Positions 39,457 through 48,063 of a stretch of DNA of 64,000 nt are shown one piece after another. How positions within the stretch are numbered: position 1 is the stretch's first letter; the number at the start of each line of letters is the position of its first letter. The position numbers and the translations under genes are program-made. The stretch spans positions 2,916 to 66,915 of the forward strand of contig CAZPLA010000007.1 of NCBI GenBank assembly GCA_964587385.1, given 5' to 3'. The notes beneath the pieces were generated by a model. The model searched no databases and was not told the DNA's origin. It saw only the letters and a program-made list of their open reading frames with translations. This DNA is from an uncultured Dehalococcoidia bacterium (GTDB taxonomy: Bacteria; Chloroflexota; Dehalococcoidia; Lucifugimonadales; GCA-2712585).

Positions 39457-40958
39457 CCGAAAATATTCATCTACTACTACCTGAAGCGTTATTGGCTGTT
39501 CTAGCCATTAAGGTTTTGGCTATAGATTTATTCTTACCAGTAAGATTTAAGGACCTTTTAGTTTGGATCAGTGCCCTTGGAATGACTGGAATTTTAGTGT
39601 TTTCTATCTGGCTTCTTTGGGGCATAGATACACCTTTATATGGAGGATTGGTTCGTGCCGATGGATTTACGCTGTTTTTTAAGGGCTTTTTCTTAATACT
39701 TGGGATTGTGACTGTATTAGCTTCTCGTGATTATGTTAACAAGCATCTTAAGAATCCAGGTGAGTTTTACTCCATAGTGATCATGGCGATCCTAGCCATG
39801 TCAATTATGGCGTCTGCTGTAGAAATACTGACAGCTTACATTGCTTTGGAACTTATGAGCTTCAGCTTTTATATCTTAGTGTCATTCGCACTGAATAATC
39901 CTAAATCGAATGAAGCTGGCCTAAAATACATACTTATAGGTGCCTTTTCATCAGCCATTTTGCTTTACGGCATCAGCCTTCTTTACGGTGCTGTAGGAGT
40001 GACGCACTTCGATAGTATAGCTAAAGAAATCAGTAATGCTATGGAGAATAGTGACTCCTTTAGTCCCACTCTATGGGTTGGGATGGGGTTAATTTTAGTT
40101 GGACTAGGATTTAAGATTGCTGCTGTTCCGTTCCATATGTGGGCTCCCGATACGTACGAAGGTGCACCACTTCCTGTAACTGCATTTCTTTCAGTCGGAT
40201 CTAAAATTGCGGCATTTGCTTTAGTAATGAGACTGTTTGGACAAGCGTTTGCCCCATCGATAGACCAATGGCAAATGATAGTTGCCACAATGTCCGCTTT
40301 GACTATGACAATTGGAAACGTTGTTGCTATAGCTCAAAAGAATCTGAAACGTCTTTTGGCATATTCCAGCATTGCTCATGTAGGGTTCATGTTGATGGGA
40401 ATTGCAGCTCTTTCATTGATAGGGATTGAAGCTTTAATTCTTTATCTCGTTGGATATGCTCTAAGTTCTATGACAGTGTTTGTAGGATTGATAGCCTTTT
40501 ATAATATGACCGGACGAGAAAACATAGATGATTTGGGAGGACTTGCTGTAAGACATCCATTTATTGCAGCTGCTATTGCCTCCGGGCTTATTTCACTGGG
40601 AGGACTCCCGTTTTTTGCTGGATTCACTGTGAAATTCTACCTTTTCACAGCAGTTGGTACTCAAGGGCTTTTGTGGCTAGCTGGTTTGGCTATATTTAAT
40701 AGTCTTATATCGTTGTATTACTATCTTATGGTAGTAAGGCAAATGTATATTGAACCTTCCCCAGAGTGGGCAAAAGAACCTGCGAATGATGTTGCTACTA
40801 AAGGAATCCAAAAGACAATGGACCGTATAGAACATAAGCCAACGTTACTGATTACGACAGTTCTTACTGTATTGGTTTTGGGTGTAGTGTTTGTTGGCAT
40901 TTATCCTTCACCCATTTTGGACATGATCAAATCAGCGTCACAAGCTCTATTAACTTGA
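39453..40958 (+). CDS. nuoN: NADH-quinone oxidoreductase subunit N
   Basis: 501-aa antiporter-like subunit with VPFHMWAPDTYEGAPLPVTAFLSVGSK and an ATGA overlap with nuoM. Confidence 0.93.
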   Translation: MTENIHLLLPEALLAVLAIKVLAIDLFLPVRFKDLLVWISALGMTGILVFSIWLLWGIDTPLYGGLVRADGFTLFFKGFFLILGIVTVLASRDYVNKHLKNPGEFYSIVIMAILAMSIMASAVEILTAYIALELMSFSFYILVSFALNNPKSNEAGLKYILIGAFSSAILLYGISLLYGAVGVTHFDSIAKEISNAMENSDSFSPTLWVGMGLILVGLGFKIAAVPFHMWAPDTYEGAPLPVTAFLSVGSKIAAFALVMRLFGQAFAPSIDQWQMIVATMSALTMTIGNVVAIAQKNLKRLLAYSSIAHVGFMLMGIAALSLIGIEALILYLVGYALSSMTVFVGLIAFYNMTGRENIDDLGGLAVRHPFIAAAIASGLISLGGLPFFAGFTVKFYLFTAVGTQGLLWLAGLAIFNSLISLYYYLMVVRQMYIEPSPEWAKEPANDVATKGIQKTMDRIEHKPTLLITTVLTVLVLGVVFVGIYPSPILDMIKSASQALLT

Positions 40959-41084
40959 ACCTAAATCTAATTGAATTGACTAGTGGCTCATCATCAATTC
41001 TGAAAACATTTAATAATTACAGTTGTCATGTAATCTATCGCTTCCTATAATGTACCAATCTGTCGTCCGTGGGAGGGTAATGAT

Positions 41085-41606
41085 ATGACACAGGAACATA
41101 GCGAACTCGAACCTGTTCTTCATCCGGAAGCTATCATTGCAGAATTAAAGAAAAATCGTATAACACATATAGTTTGGCTTCCAGATAGTGAAAGTAATTT
41201 CATGTATCAGCAACTGTTGAATGAACCTGACATTTCCCTTGTTCCTGTAGCTAGAGAGGGAGAAACTATGGCTATAGCTGCTGGATTATGGATCGGAGGT
41301 AAAAAGCCAGTAGTCCTTATTCAAAACACCGGTTTGTTTGAATCTGGGGATTCTTTAAGAGGAATTGGACTAGACGCAAATTTACCTCTCCTAATGTTGA
41401 TTGGATACAGAGGTTGGGATCGGCATGGATTAACTAAAGATTCAGCTGCCAAATTTACTGAGCATAACCTTTATTCTTGGGGGGTTAACTATTATCTCCT
41501 TGAAACCGATCAAGATGCGAGCCGTATTTCCCTAGCCTTAGAAGAAGTCACTAACACCTCACGACCTGTGGCAGTTTTGTTAGGTAATGAATACGGCCCG
41601 AGTTAA
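41085..41606 (+). CDS. Sulfopyruvate/phosphonopyruvate decarboxylase alpha-like subunit (TPP enzyme PYR domain, ComD-like)
   Basis: VPVAREGETMAIAAGLWIGGKKPVVLIQNTGLFESGD parallels the ComD pattern and keeps the catalytic Glu. A TATAAT at 41046-41051 and the SD GGGAGGG lie upstream. Confidence 0.75.
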   Translation: MTQEHSELEPVLHPEAIIAELKKNRITHIVWLPDSESNFMYQQLLNEPDISLVPVAREGETMAIAAGLWIGGKKPVVLIQNTGLFESGDSLRGIGLDANLPLLMLIGYRGWDRHGLTKDSAAKFTEHNLYSWGVNYYLLETDQDASRISLALEEVTNTSRPVAVLLGNEYGPS

Positions 41607-41651
41607 TATAGAATTGAATATATTGACCTTCAATTTTTGTGAACTAACCTA

Positions 41652-41849
41652 ATGTTTGAATGGATTGTTTATAAGATTTTGGGTCCCGTGTGTGGCATCA
41701 TCACCCTAATGATTGGATTCTATACTCTCTATTTAACCTTTTTGAATAGCAATTCTGGTGTGATAAATCTGAGAGGTATATTTGGTGGAGGTATGATATT
41801 GGCAGGGGTATTTATTATGGCAAAAGTACGTGGCAGGAGCATAGATTGA
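41652..41849 (+). CDS. 65-aa two-TM membrane protein between the ComD-like and ComE-like genes
   Basis: A hydrophobic ORF whose TGA overlaps the TTG start of the next gene (TTGA). Confidence 0.5.
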   Translation: MFEWIVYKILGPVCGIITLMIGFYTLYLTFLNSNSGVINLRGIFGGGMILAGVFIMAKVRGRSID

Positions 41850-42421
41850 ATACAGCGATTCCAGTGGTTGAAGCCCTTAAGCTTGTTGATGGTTATCGGG
41901 ATGAGGCTGTGGTTGTAGCTTCTTCCAGAGTATTACAGGAATGGGTTCAAATTTCTAAAAGAAGAGATTTGGACGTTGATTTATTGGATTGCGTAGATAA
42001 AACTGTAGACGTTGCTTTGGGCATAACCATAGCTAAGCCTGACATCAAAGTTTTAGTGCTAGACAGTTCATCCACTCTACGCACTAATCAAAGTGCAATG
42101 ATTACTACTGGTAACATTTGTCCGCGCAACATGATCCACTTTCTTTTCGAGGATATTGGATATGCATCAACTGAAGGAATATTAATTCCTGGACTAGATC
42201 AGCTGGATTTTGGTTCCCAAGCAAGGAATTTAGGATATAGGTCTGTATATGAATTCGAAGACTTAGAAACAATGGATCTTTCTTTAGAAAGACTTTTTGA
42301 GGATGAAGGACCCATATTTGTGATGATTAAAGTGTTCCACGACTCCAAATCCTTAGCATCATTATCGGGGAATATGCACGAATCGCTAAGGCGAGTTCGT
42401 GATACCTTGGATATTGGCTAA
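41846..42421 (+). CDS. ComE-like beta subunit (TPP enzyme PP domain) with degenerate cofactor motifs
   Basis: AKPDIKVLVLDSSSTLRTNQSAMITTGN..RNMIHFLFEDIGYASTEG is colinear with the family pattern AKPD.KVIVLDGDGS..MNLGSLATI...NLIHIVLDN.AYGSTGGQ (recalled from memory), but GDG and N are replaced. Confidence 0.65.
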   Translation: MNTAIPVVEALKLVDGYRDEAVVVASSRVLQEWVQISKRRDLDVDLLDCVDKTVDVALGITIAKPDIKVLVLDSSSTLRTNQSAMITTGNICPRNMIHFLFEDIGYASTEGILIPGLDQLDFGSQARNLGYRSVYEFEDLETMDLSLERLFEDEGPIFVMIKVFHDSKSLASLSGNMHESLRRVRDTLDIG

Positions 42422-42431
42422 AGGAGTGTGC

Positions 42432-44477
42432 CTATGCCTCTTCTTTCGCTCTTTGCGCTGTCTCTAATACCTTAAGGCTGATATCAGGAGGGACTCCTTC
42501 ATAGCGACTGAATTCCATCGTATAACTCGCTCTTCCTTGAGTCATAGATCTCAATTCAGTAGAATACCTTAGAACCTCAGCGTGTGGAACGTCAGCTTCA
42601 ATAATTGTGGACCCTGCTTCTGGGATCATACCAGTGATTTGCCCACGTTTTCCATTAATGTCTCCAATTACGTCTCCAGTGAAATTATCAGGGACTTTTA
42701 CGCTAAGTTTTACGATGGGTTCTAGCAAAATTGGCTTTGCCTCAGACATGCCTTTTCGAAAGGCGAAGGATCCTGCAATTTCAAATGAATTACCAGATGA
42801 GTCAACGTCATGGTAACTGCCATCAAATAAAACGACCTTAACGTCGACTACTGGATATCCTGCTATTGAACCTTCGTTTAGTGCCTTCACTACTCCTTTT
42901 TCAACTGATGGAATGTATTCTCTTGGCACAGATCCACCAACTACTTCACTGGCAAACGAGAATCCGGCATCTCGTTCAGTAGGTTCCAACCGAAGCACTG
43001 CATGTCCATACTGGCCATGTCCTCCAGATTGTTTTTTATGTTTGTATTCGGCTCGTGTAGTGGCGGTAATAGTTTCTCTATATGGAACTTTGGGAAGTTG
43101 CAAGAGAAGCTCCGTACCGAATTTGCGCTTAACCTTGTCAATAGTGGTATCAATATGAACGTTTCCTAAGCTACTTATTAGAGTTTCACTAGTTGAGGGT
43201 TCTCTTGATAATTTTAGGGTGGGATCCTCTTCCAATATTCTTGATAAAGATGATGACATTTTATCAATATCTGCGGCAGATTTCGGGCTGACAGACATAG
43301 TGTAGTATCCAGTTGGGAAGACTATAGGTTCTAGAATTACAGGATTGTTACGATCTCCTAGAGTATCGTTAGTTGTAGTAACAGCCAATTTAGCTACGGC
43401 TCCGATATCCCCAGGGCCTATATCGGTTGTAGCTTCCTGGGTTTTTCCTTGGAGGAAATAAAGCTGACCAATGCGTTCGGATTGTTCTCTATTCGCATTC
43501 CATACTTCACCACCTCCCTTAAATGTGCCCGCATAGACTCTAAACAATGAGAGTTTTCCTACAAATGGGTCGGCAGATGTTTTGAAAACAAGAGATACCA
43601 AGGATGAATCATCTTTTTGTTCGACTTCTTTTCTTTCTTCGGTTCCTGGAGATGTGCCTTCTATCTTTTTACCCTCTAATGGGCTAGGCAAATATGATGT
43701 TATAGCATCAAGCAATGCTTCTGAACCTTGGTTTTGCGTCGCAGAACCCATTAATATGGGAACAATTTCTCCTGATAGAAAAGCCTTCTTGAGGCCTTCA
43801 TTAATCTCGGCTTGTGTGAGTTCTTCGCCCTCTAAGTATTTGGTGGCTAGTTCGTCGTCAGCTTCGGCTACAGCTTCTACTAATCTTTCGCGAGCTGCAT
43901 CCACTTCTGCTTTCAAAGACTCAGGGATATCAGCTGACACATCCAAGCAGTTGATTGTTTGACTTACTCCTTGTTCTTCTACAACTGGTATTTGTACTGG
44001 AACACATTTCCTGCCAAAAGCAGCACTAATGCTATCAAGCGTTCGGGAAATATCTGAGTTTTCACGGTCGATTTTGTATATAAATAATATACGTGGGATA
44101 TTGCGTTCCTCACACATAGTCCACGATTGTTCGGTCCCAACTTCTACACTAGCTACGGCGCTTACTAATATAATGGCGCCTTCGGTAACGCGGAGGGCCG
44201 ATACGACTTCTCCTCTAAAATCTTCGTATCCTGGAGTATCCAGAAGATTTATCTTGTATCCGTTTTTCATGCAGGTAATTAAAGAGGTCTGTGTACTAGA
44301 TACCCGTTTAATTTCCTCAGGCTCATAATCAGAAACTGTGTTGCCGTTTTCCACGGCTCCCATGCGAGTAATTGCCTTTGTGCTAAATAGTAATGCTTCT
44401 GCTAAAGAAGTCTTTCCAGAACCCCCATGAGATAACAGAGCTACATTGCGAATTTTGCTGATATCAATTCCAGGCAT
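42432..44477 (-). CDS. Elongation factor G paralogue (EF-G-like) with a divergent GTPase domain
   Basis: EF-G domain order across about 680 aa. G1 is SHGGSGKTS, G3 is DTPGYEDF (Tyr in place of His; plus-strand coordinates 44226-44240) and G4 is YKID in place of NKxD. The start is taken at MPGIDISKIRNVALL (44477). The ORF track extends to 44570. Confidence 0.85.
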   Translation of the reverse strand: MPGIDISKIRNVALLSHGGSGKTSLAEALLFSTKAITRMGAVENGNTVSDYEPEEIKRVSSTQTSLITCMKNGYKINLLDTPGYEDFRGEVVSALRVTEGAIILVSAVASVEVGTEQSWTMCEERNIPRILFIYKIDRENSDISRTLDSISAAFGRKCVPVQIPVVEEQGVSQTINCLDVSADIPESLKAEVDAARERLVEAVAEADDELATKYLEGEELTQAEINEGLKKAFLSGEIVPILMGSATQNQGSEALLDAITSYLPSPLEGKKIEGTSPGTEERKEVEQKDDSSLVSLVFKTSADPFVGKLSLFRVYAGTFKGGGEVWNANREQSERIGQLYFLQGKTQEATTDIGPGDIGAVAKLAVTTTNDTLGDRNNPVILEPIVFPTGYYTMSVSPKSAADIDKMSSSLSRILEEDPTLKLSREPSTSETLISSLGNVHIDTTIDKVKRKFGTELLLQLPKVPYRETITATTRAEYKHKKQSGGHGQYGHAVLRLEPTERDAGFSFASEVVGGSVPREYIPSVEKGVVKALNEGSIAGYPVVDVKVVLFDGSYHDVDSSGNSFEIAGSFAFRKGMSEAKPILLEPIVKLSVKVPDNFTGDVIGDINGKRGQITGMIPEAGSTIIEADVPHAEVLRYSTELRSMTQGRASYTMEFSRYEGVPPDISLKVLETAQRAKEEA

Positions 44478-44786
44478 AGTAAGGCCCCCTGAATTTGGAA
44501 AGTTGTATTTAGGGGCACATTGTAGCCAAAAGGGAGCACACTCGCAAATAATTTGCTTTGAATAAGGCATATAATTGGAAAGTTGGCACGAATTATGGCA
44601 ATAGCCTTATGCGAAGCATATATGCGTGACTTGCTCATTGCATTTATTCTATATGCCATTATTACCTTGACACCGTAAGATCCCTTCAGATAGGATTTTC
44701 ATTGAGGGAAAGTGGGAGAGCATTGCGGAGGTATATTTTAGGTACTTAACCTTGTCCCAGATTTATTTGTGAATAGGTTAAGGGTT

Positions 44787-44862
44787 GGGGATATAGCTCA
44801 ATTGGGAGAGCGCGGCGTTCGCAATGCCGAGGTTGGGGGTTCGATTCCCCCTATCTCCACCA
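44787..44862 (+). tRNA. tRNA-Ala (anticodon CGC)
   Basis: Cloverleaf folded by hand: acceptor GGGGATA/TATCTCC with G3:U70, D arm GCTC/GAGC, anticodon loop TTCGCAA, T loop TTCGATT, and an encoded CCA. Confidence 0.9.
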
Positions 44863-44865
44863 AGG

Positions 44866-44941
44866 GCCCCTGTAGCTCAGAGGATAGAGCGGCGGCGTCC
44901 TAAGTCGCGCGTCGGGGGTTCGAATCCCTCCAGGGGTACCA
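44866..44941 (+). tRNA. tRNA-Arg (anticodon CCT)
   Basis: Acceptor GCCCCTG/CAGGGGT, anticodon stem GCGGC/GTCGC, loop GTCCTAA, T loop TTCGAAT, and an encoded CCA. Confidence 0.88.
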
Positions 44942-44944
44942 TAC

Positions 44945-45022
44945 AGGAGCGTAGCTCAGTCTGGCCAGAGCGCTGGTCTCCAAAACCAGTGGTCGGGGGT
45001 TCGACTCCTCCCGCTCCTGCCA
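44945..45022 (+). tRNA. tRNA-Trp (anticodon CCA)
   Basis: Acceptor AGGAGCG/CGCTCCT, anticodon loop CTCCAAA, T loop TTCGACT, discriminator G, and an encoded CCA. Confidence 0.9.
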
Positions 45023-45039
45023 TATTACAGGCACGAAAT

Positions 45040-45080
45040 GGCCTGCTTAGTAAAGAAATACTAGGCAGGCCGTTCTTTTT
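45040..45080 (+). terminator. Rho-independent terminator after the tRNA cluster
   Basis: An 11-bp stem ggcctgcttag/ctaggcaggcc (one G:U pair) followed by gttcttttt. Confidence 0.7.
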
Positions 45081-45185
45081 AGTGGGACAGATACAGAAAG
45101 TTAGAGAGACTACGTCACTTTAGTTATAGATTCTAGGCACGGAAATGACCTAAACTTAGTAGCAAGTAAACTGAGCGGGGATTAA

Positions 45186-46199
45186 ATGTATAAACGAGAT
45201 GTTATGCCATATTATGGTGGTCCGGTGTCATTCTTTAGAGCACCACAAATCGAGATTGACCAGGTTGTTGAGGGTACCGCTATCGTTTCCGGTGTTCCTA
45301 TAGACAACGGTATTCCCTCTGGTAGGCCTGGGGCTCGATTTGGTCCCAGAGCAATTCGTGAAGCCTCCTTACATCCTCGTGGAGGATACGACTCATCACC
45401 GGAGAATACTAAAGTAGATATAGAATCGGGGATTGGGACTCAACTCAAAAGTCCTCCAAGATTGGCTGATATTGGTGATTTCAATATTTATCCTACCGAC
45501 CTAATGAAGACAACTGAGTCAGTTAAGCAGGGAGTTTATGAGGTCGTGAAGCGAGGTGGCTTCTCAGTCGTGATGGGGGGCGATCACTACGTGGCGTATC
45601 CATCGTTTGAAGGGTTTGCGAAAGGTATGTTGGAGCGGAAGGAAGGCTTACGCCTCGGATATATACATATTGATGCTCACTCAGACTTTGGGGATGGCAA
45701 CTCTTTGGGTGGTCGGTACAATCACGGAACCATGGTGCGCCGCATCAGTGAAAACCCCATAATTTCGTACAAAAATCTAGCATGGGTTGGCCTCAATTCT
45801 TCTCTAACTATAGATCAACACCGCCTCAAGCGAACGAATGATCTAAAAATGCTTACCGCAAGGCTTGTTAGAGAAAGAGGAATCGCCGAGGTTATACGAG
45901 AAGCTATGGATGTAGCCGCCGATGGGGTCGATGCAGTTTATTTGAGCATAGATATCGACGTCATAGATGCCCATGAGTCCCATGGGACAGGAGCTCCAGA
46001 ATTTGGCGGAATCACGACTATTGAGTTTCTAGAGGCTATGCAGATACTGAGTAGCTTTGAGGCGCTGGGTGCCATTGATCTGTGTGAGGTCTCTCCAGAA
46101 TGGGATTCCTCTGGACAGACGGTTCGGATAGCTTCCGCAGGTATGCTTAAATTACTACATCCTTGGATATTTGATACGGTGGAGATATCGGGATCATAG
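45186..46199 (+). CDS. Arginase-family ureohydrolase (agmatinase/guanidino-acid hydrolase-like)
   Basis: Mn-binding motifs GGDHYVAYP, HIDAHSDF and SIDIDVIDA. Confidence 0.85.
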   Translation: MYKRDVMPYYGGPVSFFRAPQIEIDQVVEGTAIVSGVPIDNGIPSGRPGARFGPRAIREASLHPRGGYDSSPENTKVDIESGIGTQLKSPPRLADIGDFNIYPTDLMKTTESVKQGVYEVVKRGGFSVVMGGDHYVAYPSFEGFAKGMLERKEGLRLGYIHIDAHSDFGDGNSLGGRYNHGTMVRRISENPIISYKNLAWVGLNSSLTIDQHRLKRTNDLKMLTARLVRERGIAEVIREAMDVAADGVDAVYLSIDIDVIDAHESHGTGAPEFGGITTIEFLEAMQILSSFEALGAIDLCEVSPEWDSSGQTVRIASAGMLKLLHPWIFDTVEISGS

Positions 46200-46285
46200 A
46201 AGTTCCGACAGTATATTCCAGGACTCCAATATGGACTACTGTGTAAAGCCTAAGACTTCCATCAAAAAGACTAAAGAGGTGATGC

Positions 46286-47860
46286 ATGCTAGATATGCTG
46301 ATAACCGGAGGCTTGATACTTGATGGCACAGGAAATCCAGGTTTCTACGGTTCAATCGGTGTAATCGGAGATCAGATAAAGATTATCCGCGGCGACATAA
46401 ATACAATAGAGGCTGTATGCACTTTGGATGCCAGAGGCAAAGTGGTATCTCCAGGATTCATAGATGTGCATGCTCATTCTGGGCTGGTAATTTTATCCGA
46501 CCCTTATCACCAACCAAAAGTACACCAAGGAGTCACCACGGAACTCATAGGGATTGATGGGAATTCTTATGCTCCATTTGCCCGGCCCGATGATTTAGAA
46601 AGGTTTATTCGGCTTAATTCAGGCTTGGATGGTGACCCAGAACTTCCTTTTCGGTGGTCGAGTGTCAGCGAATACCTCACCCTGTTTGATAGGAAAGTGG
46701 CTGTTAACATTGCTTACATTACAGGTAATTCCCCAATTCGAATTGGTGGTGTCGGATGGAATAATCAGAGAGCCACAGGTGGGGAAGTAGAAAATATGAG
46801 ATCAGCACTTCGAGAAAGCATGGAAGATGGCTCCTTTGGGATATCTACTGGTCTGGATTATCCACCGGGCAGCTTTGCCGATACGGCTGAATTAATTTCC
46901 CTTTCAAACGAAGCAGCACGTCTTGGAGGCATCTACCATACTCATGTGAGGAACGCTTTAGGGGATCGGTACCTGGACCCTTTGAAGGAAGCCATAGAAA
47001 TAGGAAGAGAGAGCGGTATTCCTGTTCATATCACTCATCTGTTTCGTAGAGTTACTCATGACGGCGGGGCGAGACCTATTTTAGACCTAATCGAATTAAG
47101 CAGGGGAGAAGGCCTGGACGTGACTTTTGATATGTTTCCGTTTCGCTTTGGAGGGACACGTATCATAATAATATTCCCAGAATGGGCACAAGACGGCGGA
47201 CCAGATAAGCTTATGGAAGTAATGAGATCCGCTGATGGCCGTGAACGATTACGTAAGGAAGTGACTCCTAGGGGGCGCGGATGGGACGAGATGTGGTTAA
47301 CTTATTTCAAGAGACCTAATAACATACAGTTCGAGGGGCGGTCCGTTGCTGATGTTGCAGAAACACTGAAAAAACACCCGGTGGATGCCTTGTGTGATCT
47401 TCTCCTAGATGAGGAACTTCGGATATCATATTTTGCTGATATTGCTGACCATGGTACTCTAGCAGACTTTATTATGCATGATTTGTACATGGTAGGAAGT
47501 GACGCGCTGCTACTTGGGGATTACCCCCCGCCAATGGCATATGGGACATACCCATATATACTAGCTGAATTAGTTAGGGAAGAAAGAAAACTGTCATTAT
47601 CCAGTGCGATTCGTAAAATGACCAGTCACCCAGCACAACGTATTGGAATATCCGATAGAGGACTTTTACTTGACGGGATGAAGGCCGACATAGTGGTTTT
47701 TGATCCTGAGGCTATTAAATCAAACACCATAAAAAGTGATCCTAAGCGATTCTCTAGTGGAATTGATTACGTCATAGTAAATGGGACGATTGTTATGGAT
47801 CATGGAACCCACAGTGGTGCTCTACCTGGTCGTGCGCTTCGAAGAGGACAAAGGGGTTAG
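46286..47860 (+). CDS. N-acyl-D-amino-acid deacylase (D-aminoacylase) family amidohydrolase
   Basis: N-terminal LITGGLILDGTG...VVSPGFIDVHAHS and C-terminal ...IDYVIVNGTIV. Confidence 0.85.
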   Translation: MLDMLITGGLILDGTGNPGFYGSIGVIGDQIKIIRGDINTIEAVCTLDARGKVVSPGFIDVHAHSGLVILSDPYHQPKVHQGVTTELIGIDGNSYAPFARPDDLERFIRLNSGLDGDPELPFRWSSVSEYLTLFDRKVAVNIAYITGNSPIRIGGVGWNNQRATGGEVENMRSALRESMEDGSFGISTGLDYPPGSFADTAELISLSNEAARLGGIYHTHVRNALGDRYLDPLKEAIEIGRESGIPVHITHLFRRVTHDGGARPILDLIELSRGEGLDVTFDMFPFRFGGTRIIIIFPEWAQDGGPDKLMEVMRSADGRERLRKEVTPRGRGWDEMWLTYFKRPNNIQFEGRSVADVAETLKKHPVDALCDLLLDEELRISYFADIADHGTLADFIMHDLYMVGSDALLLGDYPPPMAYGTYPYILAELVREERKLSLSSAIRKMTSHPAQRIGISDRGLLLDGMKADIVVFDPEAIKSNTIKSDPKRFSSGIDYVIVNGTIVMDHGTHSGALPGRALRRGQRG

Positions 47861-47898
47861 AAGTATATTATTCACTATAGGGTAGGGAATTGTGGCTA

Positions 47899-48063
47899 TT
47901 AGCTTTTTATCATCTGCCCGATAATGATTAGGCAGCATCCTGCGAACCAACTTATAGCTGTGAAGATGCCAATTATTTCGCCGGCTATTATGGCCTGGAT
48001 CATCCATACCCCGATTCCCGTCATGAACAATATCCATCCGGATGTTTCTAGTCCTTTTTTCAT
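47899..48063 (-). CDS. 54-aa two-TM membrane protein, coupled to the upstream methyltransferase gene
   Basis: MKKGLETSGWILFMTGIGVWMIQAIIAGEIIGIFTAISWFAGCCLIIIGQMIKS. The ATG overlaps the stop of the preceding gene (ATGA). The ORF-track version extends to 48165, inside that gene. Confidence 0.5.
   Translation of the reverse strand: MKKGLETSGWILFMTGIGVWMIQAIIAGEIIGIFTAISWFAGCCLIIIGQMIKS

Noticed and set aside
44824-45123. 99-aa + strand ORF from the six-frame track
   Set aside because: It is read straight through three cloverleaf-folding tRNA genes and the following terminator. The Arg/Pro/Gly-rich translation is an artefact of GC-rich tRNA sequence.
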